A stretch of DNA of 43,204 nt from a virus, in UHGV virus genome UHGV-0865506, one strand, 5' to 3'. Below the pieces are notes generated by a model, which was not told the origin of the DNA, did not search any database, and worked only from the letters and a program-made list of their open reading frames with translations. Of the stretch, positions 34,454 through 43,204 are shown in pieces. The position numbers were made by a program, and so were the translations under genes. Within the stretch, counting starts at the first letter, position 1, and each line of letters starts with the position of its first letter.

Positions 34454-35925
34454 TGCTCCGCCTCTTCATCCTGCTGCGCTGTAGCCGGAATCTCCCCGGT
34501 AGTCTGTGTAACCAACGGCAGAGGCGCATCCTCGATAGCATTCTGGATGTCCTCGTCGGTCCAGTCAGTCACCCCCGCCTTACGCAACGCCGCGTAGTAA
34601 GCGGTAGCTGGTAGCAGGCCTGCGTTAATGTCTGCCATCCACTGAGCACGGTCTTGCGCAGTCATCGGTTGCAGGAAGAACTCCATATTCAGCTTGAACT
34701 CAATTTCTGTGCCTTCACGTAGCCCAAGCATCGCCGCCGCCCAGCGCAACGCATCGGTGTACGCCATGCTTACGTTCCGTGCGATTGTTGCCATAACGGA
34801 CGTATCCGCGCCGCGTTGTAGGCGGGCCGATTCAGCGGTGATTTGCTGTGTAGGGGTGATAAGCTGAGCACCAATCTGGATGGCCTGGTTCTCCTTATCC
34901 AGCATATTCTGCTTAGCCAGGTTGTTCTCTCCCGCCTGAACCAGAAACGCATTGCCGCCGTACCCGATGTTATGGCCTGAACGCGACCCCATGCGCACGC
35001 CGTGCGGGTTGGCTTCTTTCCACTGCTCCATGCTCATGTTATCGCCGGGGGCAATGAACAGAGTTGGTTGCCCAACAACGAAGCTGGACTCCTCATTGTC
35101 CGCGCTATTACGGAAATGCCCGATATTAAGTTCAGCCAACGGCAGCAAAGGTGCGTCGTCAATGGTTGCATCGTTGTTGCTTGCCCCAATGAACGTGAAC
35201 GGGATTTTGCCGCGCAACTGTTCGCCAAGTTCCGGGAAGATTTCGATTACTTGGCCCTGTGCACCACCTTCGGCATCGAAGCGGTAAATGCGCTGGCGGT
35301 AGCGTCCGTCAATCAAATCGAGAACGCGATACTGCTCGCCGAACTTTGTTTCAAACTCTGCACCAGGTTCCGAGTATTCCCATGCCTCACGCAACACGAC
35401 CATCGTCACGCGGTTAACAGAACCGACGCGAGTCAGCCGCCAGTTGATGATGTTCTCTGCGGTGTAGAATGCGATGACCGGGTTTAATAATCCCGCGTTC
35501 TGCTCTGCCGCCGTTGCCGCGGCCGTCTCCGGGGCGTCCACCAGCAACCCACCACGGCCCACCGAGTCAATCTCCATTAACGTATCCTGCGCGTGCTGCC
35601 ACAGCCCGACGCCGGAACCATCGGCATTGCGTAGCAGGTACTCCAGTTCAGGCGGGATAATTTGCTCGGGGTCTTTGCGCATTACGGACCCGACCATCCC
35701 CGCCAGCGTTCTCTTAGTGAAGTTGTAGCAGATAGCGCCGTTCTCGTATTCTTCCTGGCGCTGTGCTGCGTAGGCCGGGTCCGGTTCGTTCTTCCCGACG
35801 TTGCGAAGATAGCGAATAAGGTCGCCTTCCAGTGCGTGGCGTACCTTCTGCCATTTATCGAAGTGATGCAGCCATTCCCGGTGTTTTGTCTTAACACCCT
35901 GATTCTGACCGTTCATAGTTAACAT
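34450..35925 (-). CDS. portal protein
   Basis: 491 aa, between terminase large subunit and head morphogenesis gene. Confidence 0.85.
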   Translation of the reverse strand: MLTMNGQNQGVKTKHREWLHHFDKWQKVRHALEGDLIRYLRNVGKNEPDPAYAAQRQEEYENGAICYNFTKRTLAGMVGSVMRKDPEQIIPPELEYLLRNADGSGVGLWQHAQDTLMEIDSVGRGGLLVDAPETAAATAAEQNAGLLNPVIAFYTAENIINWRLTRVGSVNRVTMVVLREAWEYSEPGAEFETKFGEQYRVLDLIDGRYRQRIYRFDAEGGAQGQVIEIFPELGEQLRGKIPFTFIGASNNDATIDDAPLLPLAELNIGHFRNSADNEESSFVVGQPTLFIAPGDNMSMEQWKEANPHGVRMGSRSGHNIGYGGNAFLVQAGENNLAKQNMLDKENQAIQIGAQLITPTQQITAESARLQRGADTSVMATIARNVSMAYTDALRWAAAMLGLREGTEIEFKLNMEFFLQPMTAQDRAQWMADINAGLLPATAYYAALRKAGVTDWTDEDIQNAIEDAPLPLVTQTTGEIPATAQQDEEAEQ

Positions 35926-35937
35926 TGAATAATCCTC

Positions 35938-37209
35938 TTAAAGTGCGAAAGTCACCGGGACGTTAATAACTGGTTTGCGAATCGGCATTTCATACGCGAT
36001 AGGGTATGTGGTTCCATCATTCTGGTGGTCCACACCACCTGATTTATCCGGTTCGCCGTTCTTGTCGTAAGCCTGTTGCTCGAGACATCGCGCCGTAACC
36101 GGACAAGCCTGCTCGTTAATCATGACCATACCAGATTCAAGCGCCTTATTCATCGCCGATACGCGGTCTTTAACCGGTGGGTTTGTCGATTTTGCACGCA
36201 CTTCGAACCCGGCCTGCTGTAACTGAGCAATATCGGATGTACTGGCGTTGTTGCTTTTACGGTTCTTGCCGCTGGCGTCCGGGTACATAACGATATAGTG
36301 GCCCTTACTTTTCCAGCGCTCGGTTATGGCCCGCACTACATCCGGCGTATCGAACATATCCACCAACTCGGCAACCGCGTGCCAGACCTTACCGCGTTGC
36401 ACGTAAACTGTGCTCGCCATGTGCCCTACGTTAAAGTCCTGCCCAATATACAGAGTCTCGCCAGGCTTGATTGTTTCGCGGCTGCTGTTTTTCCTGCGGT
36501 CGTAAGCGTAGTAGACCGTCCCCGCCGTGAGGTTTACGAACTCGCCGTTAATGTAAGCATCAATCAATTGCCCGGGGTAGGTATCTCGTAAGGACTGCAC
36601 ATAATCTTCTGGCAGGAACGGGTTAGACAGGGTGGACGCCTGAATCATCTCGTAACCAGGATTCTTTTTAACAACCCAGCGGTCATGCACGAAACGGAAT
36701 CCTTCCGGCGTAGTGAACACGGAAACGGTGTTAGCCGGTTTTGGCGTAATAGGTTTATATGTCCGTGGTAACTGGCGGTTACGGGCGATGACTTTGTTCC
36801 ACGCGTGTTCTGCGTGCTCCATGTTAAGGGTATCTAACTCGTCGATTTTTGCCCGAAACGATTCGTAGCCAACGATTCGTGCGGGGTTATCAAGCGTACG
36901 CAGAACAAAATCCCCGAATTGTCCGGATGACGTATATATTATGTTGTCAGACTTGTTGTATTTGTACCGGATACCCCAGTCTGTCAGCTTCTCTTCCATA
37001 CGGGGAGCAAGGATAAGGCGTACAAGGTCATAGGTCGGCTCATACATGGCAATGATAGAATCGCTACCACCTTCCATGCTGTCGAGTAGTGCAGAGTTAC
37101 ACATAACTTCGGATTTACCCGTACCGAAGCCCGCTACGAAGGCAGGGAACTTGCAATGCATGCCGAGAAACGCGCCTTGCGGTTCCGTTGCCGTGATATT
37201 AACGTTCAC
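35938..37209 (-). CDS. terminase large subunit
   Basis: Walker A-like FVAGFGTGKS near the N-terminus; size and position. Confidence 0.85.
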   Translation of the reverse strand: MNVNITATEPQGAFLGMHCKFPAFVAGFGTGKSEVMCNSALLDSMEGGSDSIIAMYEPTYDLVRLILAPRMEEKLTDWGIRYKYNKSDNIIYTSSGQFGDFVLRTLDNPARIVGYESFRAKIDELDTLNMEHAEHAWNKVIARNRQLPRTYKPITPKPANTVSVFTTPEGFRFVHDRWVVKKNPGYEMIQASTLSNPFLPEDYVQSLRDTYPGQLIDAYINGEFVNLTAGTVYYAYDRRKNSSRETIKPGETLYIGQDFNVGHMASTVYVQRGKVWHAVAELVDMFDTPDVVRAITERWKSKGHYIVMYPDASGKNRKSNNASTSDIAQLQQAGFEVRAKSTNPPVKDRVSAMNKALESGMVMINEQACPVTARCLEQQAYDKNGEPDKSGGVDHQNDGTTYPIAYEMPIRKPVINVPVTFAL

Positions 37210-37708
37210 CGGACACCACCTTAATGGTTACTTCACTGATTGGCTCGTCACGTACTTCTTCGGCGGTAACAGTTTTATTCAACCCCAGCTTAGCTGCGGC
37301 AAACGTAGCAGAGATGCCAGCGGCTCCTGTCTCAGTGAAATAGGCCTCTTCCAGTGCCTGGGCTGTCTCCCAGGCTTCTGCAAATGCAGGAATCTCGCGC
37401 AGCCACAGCTTAATAATTGGGATAGTGACGCCGATGTGTAGTGCGAAGCGGGCCAGTGACGGTGGTTTATCCTGAATCAGTGGGCGTTCGTCACCCTTAG
37501 ACGTAGGCACAAGCTCCCACGACGTGCGGTCGAAGAACTCGATTAATTCGTCACAATAGTCCGGGTCCCACAGCGCGGCGGAATTACGGGATGATTGATA
37601 AAGGCTCTGTTTGCCGCGCGGTCGTTTACGGCGACGGTTTGCGCTAACAGCTTCTTCATGTGCAGCTTGCACCACCTCTGGCGATGGCTGCTTGAGTTTC
37701 AGCTTCAT
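37199..37708 (-). CDS. terminase small subunit
   Basis: HTH-like segment; start at internal Met with AAGGGGA Shine-Dalgarno; overlaps the large subunit start. Confidence 0.55.
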   Translation of the reverse strand: MKLKLKQPSPEVVQAAHEEAVSANRRRKRPRGKQSLYQSSRNSAALWDPDYCDELIEFFDRTSWELVPTSKGDERPLIQDKPPSLARFALHIGVTIPIIKLWLREIPAFAEAWETAQALEEAYFTETGAAGISATFAAAKLGLNKTVTAEEVRDEPISEVTIKVVSGER

Positions 37709-37773
37709 AGAATCCCCTTGCATATGCGTCTGACCATCAGAGCGCACCAGACGCGCCCTACGCGTCTAAAGGG

Positions 37774-37803
37774 ATTATATAAGGGGATTGGGCTGTATGT
37801 ACA
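37774..37803 (-). promoter_or_regulatory. candidate promoter for the terminase genes (TGTACA-N18-TATAAT)
   Basis: Consensus -10 on the minus strand directly downstream of a terminator hairpin. Confidence 0.3.
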
Positions 37804-37826
37804 GAAAAGCCCTCCGTAGAGGGCTT
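37801..37826 (-). terminator. rho-independent terminator
   Basis: Hairpin AAGCCCTC-CGTA-GAGGGCTT followed on the minus strand by TTTTCTGT. Confidence 0.5.
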
Positions 37827-37927
37827 GTATCAGTTATATAGGCCGTGTCGTGGTGCTCTTTTACCATCGCCGCCATAATGGTCGTTGGCTACGGCGATAA
37901 CCCAAGCGTTAGGTATGATTAGTAGTC

Positions 37928-38107
37928 TCATTTGAAGAACCACAAAAGGATGCCTGCGATACCAGATAGCCCCATGCCTAAAACCATGGGCCACCAGATA
38001 TACCGTGGCAAATTGTAAAATACATCACTGTAGGCAGTGAAAGCTACTAGAAACGCCAGCCAAAACACCAGGTCACCGATGTTATTAAGTAATTTCAAGA
38101 TAATCAT
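37928..38107 (-). CDS. small membrane protein (about 59 aa), candidate
   Basis: Hand-derived ORF MIILKLLNNIGDLVFWLAFLVAF..., ATGA-coupled to the upstream gene. Confidence 0.3.
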   Translation of the reverse strand: MIILKLLNNIGDLVFWLAFLVAFTAYSDVFYNLPRYIWWPMVLGMGLSGIAGILLWFFK

Positions 38108-38364
38108 TCCCCACTCTCCCCTTTAGCAATGCGTTGTTCAGTTTTAGTAATACCGCGGCGCGTGAATAACACCGGGCTTGTTTTAACGTGCGTCATCAGA
38201 CGATTGTTATAAATTACGTGGCGCTCGCAATCAACGTCTTTGCTATACTTCGCAATCGTCATTTCGTTTATGCCGGTTTGTCGGCATGTCTCCGCCATCG
38301 TGCCATATTCTTTAATCAGGTTCGGAATGCTGGTAATCATCCTAAGAAATTCCTCGTTGTCCAC
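38104..38364 (-). CDS. hypothetical protein
   Basis: Track ORF. Confidence 0.45.
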   Translation of the reverse strand: MDNEEFLRMITSIPNLIKEYGTMAETCRQTGINEMTIAKYSKDVDCERHVIYNNRLMTHVKTSPVLFTRRGITKTEQRIAKGESGE

Positions 38365-38509
38365 ATCGCATTCGGATATTTATTATCGCGGTCCTGCACT
38401 ACGGAAACCATGTTCCCACGTTGCACCAGGCAGAAGTGCCGTTGCTGCTCGCCGTTGTAGCGACGCCAGATTGCCTCTTCAATTGCTGCGTTAATGTCAC
38501 TGAACATAA

Positions 38510-38701
38510 CTACCCCACTATCTCATCGCCTAACCACGCCGTTTCTCGTATATCGTCGACCACACAGGCTGCGTGCTCACGGCTAATCGCAAAAATGTAG
38601 AAGCTAAACTTCTTCCCGTCGGCGTCGATATGGTTAACAGAGTATGGTTTCCACAGGACGCCATCAATCACTACTGGTTCAGGCGCTTTCATGACCATCA
38701 C
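38510..38701 (-). CDS. hypothetical protein
   Basis: Track ORF with alternative start codon. Confidence 0.35.
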   Translation of the reverse strand: MMVMKAPEPVVIDGVLWKPYSVNHIDADGKKFSFYIFAISREHAACVVDDIRETAWLGDEIVG

Positions 38702-38891
38702 CGGAGGCTTTGTTCAGGTTGAAGCGGTTAATCAGTTCACGGCGCGTCTCATAAAGCGACTCAACCATTTGCTCAGCTACCGCGATTTTAGTATTCAGGA
38801 CGTGCATCACGTGGCTAATGTCTACACCGCTATTAACGGCCTCCACCATCATCTTTTCGTATTCACGGTCGGTCATATGCTTACGCCTCAA
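38679..38891 (-). CDS. hypothetical protein
   Basis: Track ORF with alternative start codon; true start may be an internal Met. Confidence 0.35.
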   Translation of the reverse strand: MRRKHMTDREYEKMMVEAVNSGVDISHVMHVLNTKIAVAEQMVESLYETRRELINRFNLNKASGDGHESA

Positions 38892-39103
38892 TTAATCAAA
38901 TAATAAATATCATCACGGGCGAACTCATCCGCATCATCCTGGCAGTCGATATCGTAGTCGCCGTCGCCCCACTCAATCGCCATTACTCGCGCTAACTGTC
39001 GGCGCATCCGCTTGTTGTTCTTTAGGTCTGTAAATATCTTAAGTTCTTTGTCGTACGCACGTACCATCATCTTCATTTTGCTTTTCATTTCTTCTCTCCC
39101 CAC
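38888..39103 (-). CDS. hypothetical acidic protein
   Basis: Track ORF. Confidence 0.4.
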   Translation of the reverse strand: MGREEMKSKMKMMVRAYDKELKIFTDLKNNKRMRRQLARVMAIEWGDGDYDIDCQDDADEFARDDIYYLIN

Positions 39104-39382
39104 ATGCGATTGAGATACTTGTTCTTGTCTGGCCCCTGGAAACTGTTGCGTTTCATCAGTTCCTCACGTGTCGGGAACGGAGTGTGACTGACTTTACGGC
39201 CTACTCGTAATGGTTGGCTAACTGGACCTTGTTCGCTCATTTCTTCTCTCCTGCATAAGCTGCTTTCAGTGTCTGCATCGCAGCGAACCAGAACGCGGCC
39301 GCCGGGATGCTGTTGCTCAGGTTACTAACGGCGATGCGTGCCATCAGTTGTGCGTCTTTGAATGCTTCTATATCTGTGATTT

Positions 39383-39580
39383 TCATTCGTAACCCCCAAA
39401 CTTACGTAAAGTGCCTTTAGTTATATATTTATAGCGAGCCACTACCGTATCCACGTCATAATCCATTAGTGCGCCTGTTTCTTCTCCTTCTGGTGTCATA
39501 CTCGGCCCGTAAACAGAAAGACCCATCTCGTTAAGGTACTCCATAAACTGCTCTACCGTTTTCTTCTGGTAACGCTTCAT
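39383..39580 (-). CDS. hypothetical protein
   Basis: Track ORF, first gene after the promoter at 39614..39642. Confidence 0.45.
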   Translation of the reverse strand: MKRYQKKTVEQFMEYLNEMGLSVYGPSMTPEGEETGALMDYDVDTVVARYKYITKGTLRKFGGYE

Positions 39581-39613
39581 CTTCTCTACTCCGTTCTCGT
39601 TGTTGATGGAGTA

Positions 39614-39642
39614 AATATAGTAGGGTCGATGGTAATAGTCAA
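39614..39642 (-). promoter_or_regulatory. sigma70 promoter TTGACT-N17-TATATT
   Basis: Near-consensus hexamers on the minus strand, immediately after the lysis-cassette terminator. Confidence 0.5.
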
Positions 39643-39662
39643 CTAGTCATTGCAGAAAATAG

Positions 39663-39694
39663 ATAAAAAAATACCCGGCTGGGTCAGGGCCGGG
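39663..39694 (-). terminator. rho-independent terminator after the endolysin gene
   Basis: Hairpin CCCGGC-loop-GCCGGG followed on the minus strand by TATTTTTTTATCTATTTT. Confidence 0.65.
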
Positions 39695-39760
39695 ATAAAA
39701 CTGGAGAGCAGAGGGATGGAGCAGGAGGTGATTTAAGTATCGTCTGATTACTCTCAGGTG

Positions 39761-40267
39761 TCAACCTTTCACCGCGCGCCCGATAGCTTCTGCCTCCCGC
39801 CATGGTTTACCGTCGAACAGTGCCAGACGTCCGGCTACGCGACGGCGTAGGCCAAGCACAGGCTCGAGTTTACCGGTTTTCGGGTTGCGTTGGTTGATGA
39901 ACTGGCTCAACTTATGCCGTAAGGTGGGGATGTCCCCGCTACGTAGTGCCTTACCGGTTCCGGTATTAGCAGCAATAACGCCAGTTCCTGCGTTAAACAC
40001 CAGGTCAACAACAGCATCAAACTGGGCCTGGGTCAGTGAGGGGTGCGCTACCTCGTCGACTGCTTTCACAGCCCACTGCATATCGCGGTTCAGTAGCAGA
40101 AGCCCCTGACCCTCAGTAATCTTCTGCCCTTCATACACATCCGGCCCGGTATGGCCCCAGCCTATAGTCCAGTATTTCTCGTTCTTTGTGGCTTTGTATG
40201 CAGTTCCGCGAAACTTCTCCCACGCTTTCTTGAACTGCAATCCATTATCTGAAATGTTTCGAGACAC
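39761..40267 (-). CDS. endolysin, GH24 lysozyme
   Basis: YWTIGWGHTG resembles the T4-lysozyme-type signature; GTG start with GGAGGA Shine-Dalgarno. Confidence 0.8.
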   Translation of the reverse strand: MSRNISDNGLQFKKAWEKFRGTAYKATKNEKYWTIGWGHTGPDVYEGQKITEGQGLLLLNRDMQWAVKAVDEVAHPSLTQAQFDAVVDLVFNAGTGVIAANTGTGKALRSGDIPTLRHKLSQFINQRNPKTGKLEPVLGLRRRVAGRLALFDGKPWREAEAIGRAVKG

Positions 40268-40517
40268 GCTTATGTCCTCCGTATGACAGCCACGCCTGGC
40301 GAATCTGGCGCAGCGCAACTAATGTGATTAATGTCTCAGGCAGCGTTGGTGACATGCTGCCCTGTAACAGGTGGATACATCCGGCGGCGCAGACGATAGC
40401 TGTCAGGATATAGAGCACCCGACCGAACAGCCCGTCGTCCACGCTGGGGTGATAAACATTAAACAGCGATGTGCCTCCGATTGCCAGCATACCGCCGAAC
40501 CAGAATAACTCATTCAT
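40245..40517 (-). CDS. holin-like membrane protein (possible second holin or antiholin)
   Basis: Two hydrophobic helices, immediately upstream of the endolysin gene. Confidence 0.5.
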   Translation of the reverse strand: MNELFWFGGMLAIGGTSLFNVYHPSVDDGLFGRVLYILTAIVCAAGCIHLLQGSMSPTLPETLITLVALRQIRQAWLSYGGHKRVSKHFR

Positions 40518-40818
40518 CCGGGCCTCCTCGACGTGCGATGTATTCTCCGGCGACGATGCCAGAAAGGCGGGAATAGATGGGCATCCAGAGGACAGCGATG
40601 ATAAATCCGAGGCCAGCTATCTCGCGTTCCCCGGTAATGCCGAACCATTGAGCCGCGAGGGGTGCGCCAAATACGGCGCAGGTGAAGCCAGTTGCGATAA
40701 AGCAGAAGCCGTCGATAGGGCCAGAAATAACGGACTTATGTTGTCGTAGCCCGATTACCCCTCCTGCTAGTGCGGCAGCCAGAAGCCACCCCGTCACTGT
40801 TTCAGTAAATTTATCCAA
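40510..40818 (-). CDS. holin
   Basis: Three predicted transmembrane segments and a charged C-terminus; first gene of the lysis block. Confidence 0.55.
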   Translation of the reverse strand: MDKFTETVTGWLLAAALAGGVIGLRQHKSVISGPIDGFCFIATGFTCAVFGAPLAAQWFGITGEREIAGLGFIIAVLWMPIYSRLSGIVAGEYIARRGGPDE

Positions 40819-40877
40819 GATGAATCCTCCAGGTGCGTATTAAGTATGCAGTAACTGGAGGATAGCACGGTTAGGAT

Positions 40878-41318
40878 TTATCCTAATAGTTGTTTGGTAA
40901 TAATCTTGCCACCTGTGTCAGTGTTAAACTTCGACGCCACAGCTACGCCACCATGTGCAGAATACCCGCATTCCATAGCCGCTAGCGCATAAGGCGCACC
41001 GGAGCCGACGGCGGCAAAGCCGTCTGCGATCGGAATAACCGAACTAAGCTCACAATCCCATGATTTGTAGAACTCCACCTTACACAACGTTTCGATGTCT
41101 TTAACCCACACCAAAGCAGAGAAATCAAAATCATAATGCTTAGGCACTAAAATACTATCGTCCTTCACTAAAAGGATTCCAACCCCAGCATCACCAGCCA
41201 CCCCGATAACAACAAATTCGTTCTCATATATCTTTGTGTCTGTGTTGTAATAGTTACTTCCACTCACAACACGGGTGTCACATGCCATCGTCTTTCCGTC
41301 AAACGCGATAGTAGTCAT
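40878..41318 (-). CDS. HslV-like N-terminal nucleophile hydrolase
   Basis: N-terminal MTTIAF (Thr after Met), KIYENEFVVIGVAGDAG and AVGSGAPYALAAM parallel the HslV motifs. Confidence 0.5.
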   Translation of the reverse strand: MTTIAFDGKTMACDTRVVSGSNYYNTDTKIYENEFVVIGVAGDAGVGILLVKDDSILVPKHYDFDFSALVWVKDIETLCKVEFYKSWDCELSSVIPIADGFAAVGSGAPYALAAMECGYSAHGGVAVASKFNTDTGGKIITKQLLG

Positions 41319-41614
41319 TTATGTCTCCAGATGTATTGTCGTCTCTGCGGTTTCGTCGGAATATCTTCATATCCCAGCGATTTCCAGTATTTAAATAGCC
41401 GATTAGCGATTGCTGCGCGTTCCTTTGTTTTAAACTCACCGAGATTCACGGCCTTCCCGTTCTGGAATCCGCAGGCACGGACAGCTTTGCGTCTGGCCTG
41501 AATCTCGGGGTACAGCGCATTACGGCGGCGCTTGTATATTCGTGTTTTAGCTCTCGGCGACAGCGGCACAAGGCCGCTTCGCTTCAGGATGTCAGTTGCC
41601 AGGCTCATTTTCAT
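41315..41614 (-). CDS. basic protein with AP2-like DNA-binding segment
   Basis: ACGFQNGKAVNLGEFKTKERAAIANRLF resembles the AP2 segments of the three HNH endonucleases. Confidence 0.4.
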   Translation of the reverse strand: MKMSLATDILKRSGLVPLSPRAKTRIYKRRRNALYPEIQARRKAVRACGFQNGKAVNLGEFKTKERAAIANRLFKYWKSLGYEDIPTKPQRRQYIWRHK

Positions 41615-41942
41615 CCTCCGCAGGAAATACTTCCCATAGCCCTACTCCTTCCCAGTAGCCGTAAGCACACCGCTGCGCCGTAAACGTGCGCCCAAACAAT
41701 TCGTAGTTAGCGAGGAATAGCCTTAACCAGTTGTGTACTTTAATCCTGTGCGCTTTTCCGATTCTTCGGTAGTACCGCGCCATGCTGGCCGCTTCTACGG
41801 CGGGGAACAGTACCCAACACCAAAGCACCCAAAGAACCGCAGCGACAAGGGTAAAATTAAAAGCTATCCCGCTCCAATAGATATATGCGTCAATCATCAC
41901 TCCACCCCTTCCACATGTGTGACCGACCCACAGTTCGCGCAC
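41592..41942 (-). CDS. membrane protein
   Basis: Hydrophobic helix FNFTLVAAVLWVLWCWVLF; true start probably an internal Met. Confidence 0.4.
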   Translation of the reverse strand: MRELWVGHTCGRGGVMIDAYIYWSGIAFNFTLVAAVLWVLWCWVLFPAVEAASMARYYRRIGKAHRIKVHNWLRLFLANYELFGRTFTAQRCAYGYWEGVGLWEVFPAEDENEPGN

Positions 41943-42151
41943 TCTACATAATCCGGGAACTGGTCCTTGTATTTCTGTAACTCTTTTTGCTGTTCGTCAA
42001 TAATCCAGTCGCGATACGCCAACTCCGCGGCGATAGCCGATTTGCTGTTTAACCCTTCTCCGGTCATTGCCATCACATGTCTTGAATAGTAATTGTTAGT
42101 CATGTCGAGCATTTCTAAATCGCGCTCTGCGTATAATTTAATCATAATCAC
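41897..42151 (-). CDS. hypothetical protein
   Basis: Track ORF, ATGA-coupled. Confidence 0.45.
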   Translation of the reverse strand: MIMIKLYAERDLEMLDMTNNYYSRHVMAMTGEGLNSKSAIAAELAYRDWIIDEQQKELQKYKDQFPDYVECANCGSVTHVEGVE

Positions 42152-42366
42152 TTCTCCTGTTTACCAAGTCGCTTAGGTGAGCAGATAGCACGTACCTCTG
42201 AATCGTTTGGCTTGTCACCCTGAAACAGAAAGTGCGCGTTCTCCGCGGCGCGTGCCGCTGACTGGCACGCCTCCATTGAGTAAAACGTTTCTGCTGCCGC
42301 TAGTTGCATCTGGCCTGCGGACAATACCCAGATAAATAAGATGCTGGTCATTTCTTTAACCCGCAT
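42148..42366 (-). CDS. predicted secreted protein
   Basis: N-terminal signal-peptide-like segment MTSILFIWVLSAGQMQLAAA. Confidence 0.45.
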   Translation of the reverse strand: MRVKEMTSILFIWVLSAGQMQLAAAETFYSMEACQSAARAAENAHFLFQGDKPNDSEVRAICSPKRLGKQEK

Positions 42367-42701
42367 TTAACGCACATACACGGAAATCCTACTCCGTAAA
42401 ATTGCCATTCGTGCTCGCATTCTTCAGGTTTAGCCACACCACATTTACGGCAACCGGATTGCTCGTGACCAAGCGCACCCTTGCGGATAAGTTTGTACGC
42501 CTCCACGTCACCAGTAGCTTGGGCCAGCGCCAGTTGCAGCTCCTTAATCTGCGCCGACGCATCACGTAACTGATTCTTAAGTGACTGCACCTCATGCGCC
42601 AGGTCTTCGCTCCGGCTGTTATTTACCTGCTGCCGTAGCTGGTCGATCAGGTACTCGAATACTTCGTTTTTGTTACTCATCAGCTTCACCCATTTTCTCA
42701 T
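42348..42701 (-). CDS. coiled-coil protein with C-terminal Cys-rich zinc-finger-like motif
   Basis: CRKCG...CEHEW...CMCVKCG; true start may be Met at about 42680. Confidence 0.45.
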   Translation of the reverse strand: MRKWVKLMSNKNEVFEYLIDQLRQQVNNSRSEDLAHEVQSLKNQLRDASAQIKELQLALAQATGDVEAYKLIRKGALGHEQSGCRKCGVAKPEECEHEWQFYGVGFPCMCVKCGLKK

Positions 42702-42810
42702 CCGCCCCGACTAGAAGCGATTTAGTGTCTCCGTTGCACACCGAAGTGCTGCCCATTATTTCGTAAGCATCTACCAGTTCGCCTAAAGTCCAGCTACCGT
42801 ACCCGCCCAT
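42673..42810 (-). CDS. small protein (about 45 aa), candidate
   Basis: Hand-derived ORF with strong GAGGAGA Shine-Dalgarno, directly downstream of the promoter at 42842..42870. Confidence 0.3.
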   Translation of the reverse strand: MGGYGSWTLGELVDAYEIMGSTSVCNGDTKSLLVGADEKMGEADE

Positions 42811-42841
42811 CTTCCGTCTCTCCTCTCGTTTGTGTAAATGA

Positions 42842-42870
42842 ATAGTAGCCTATTCTATCTTAGCATGCAA
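42842..42870 (-). promoter_or_regulatory. sigma70-like promoter TTGCAT-N17-TACTAT (TACTATTCA family)
   Basis: Reverse complement reads TTGCATGCTAAGATAGAATAGGCTACTATTCA. Confidence 0.45.
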
Positions 42871-42877
42871 GTAAATT

Positions 42878-43048
42878 TTATTGGTGTTTTAAAGATAATC
42901 GTTCACTGCGAATCCAGTAGTACCTCGGGCGGCGTGCCCACTGACGCCATCGCATAACACGGTACTTGTTGCCGTCTGACTCAACAATAAGCCCGAATCG
43001 CTTTTCTCCGTTTCTACCGGTCCAGGTTACGATGTCATTCAGTTTCAT
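42878..43048 (-). CDS. small basic protein (56 aa), candidate
   Basis: Hand-derived ORF MKLNDIVTWTGRNGEKRFGLIVESDGNKYRVMRW... with AGGAGA Shine-Dalgarno. Confidence 0.3.
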   Translation of the reverse strand: MKLNDIVTWTGRNGEKRFGLIVESDGNKYRVMRWRQWARRPRYYWIRSERLSLKHQ

Positions 43049-43100
43049 TGTTGCATCTCCTGCAATAGTCGCTTCGATTGTTGCGTTTGGTGAAATAGAA

Positions 43101-43139
43101 CAAAAATGAGAAAAATGATACGCTGCTGTGTAGCAGCGT
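43101..43139 (-). terminator. rho-independent terminator
   Basis: Hairpin ACGCTGCT-GTGT-AGCAGCGT followed on the minus strand by ATCATTTTTCTCATTTTTG; lies just after the stop of the junction-spanning ORF if the genome is circular. Confidence 0.55.
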
Positions 43140-43204
43140 AAGTCACAAAGCCAAATAGTAAACTATTGACCTGTTACACCAGCGATGGCGGCTCTGGTAA
43201 CGGC

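Noticed and set aside
1-43204. Integrase, attachment site or lysogeny module
   Set aside because: No tyrosine or serine recombinase-like ORF recognised; the lone XRE regulator is not sufficient to call the phage temperate.

Overview
The window reads as a complete or near-complete genome of a tailed dsDNA phage of about 43 kb with roughly 50% GC, organised as a siphovirus of enterobacteria. Resemblance to Jersey-like (Guernseyvirinae) phages is an inference from gene content and order only; no database search was run. Layout: (i) a leftward operon at 1..936 that appears to continue across the window junction; (ii) a rightward early/replication arm at 1387..14298 encoding an excisionase-like HTH protein, an AEP primase-polymerase/helicase fusion, a Cas4-like PD-(D/E)XK nuclease, an SSB-like protein, family A DNA polymerase, VRR-NUC nuclease, a C5-methyltransferase-like protein, an SNF2 helicase and two AP2-HNH homing endonucleases; (iii) a leftward late arm at 14336..37708 encoding tailspike, J-like tail tip protein, K/L/M-like tail proteins, tape measure, G/T chaperones, tail tube, neck proteins, capsid, scaffold, an overlapped spanin pair, head morphogenesis protein, portal and terminase; (iv) a leftward arm at 37928..43048 with small genes, two holin-like proteins, a GH24 endolysin and an HslV-like hydrolase. 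Two rightward cassettes with their own promoter and terminator interrupt the late arm (23504..25830 and 32569..32938). No tRNA, CRISPR array, integrase or transposase was recognised. The most unusual signals are two copies of a conserved ~150-bp promoter-plus-structured-leader element, the rightward HTH-metallophosphoesterase cassette inside the tail genes, and a phage-encoded HslV-like hydrolase. All functional calls come from motif recognition by eye and gene order. Coordinates for features absent from the ORF track (promoters, terminators, sub-60-aa ORFs) are hand-derived and may be off by a few bases; further unlisted sub-60-aa ORFs probably lie at about 39100..39390.
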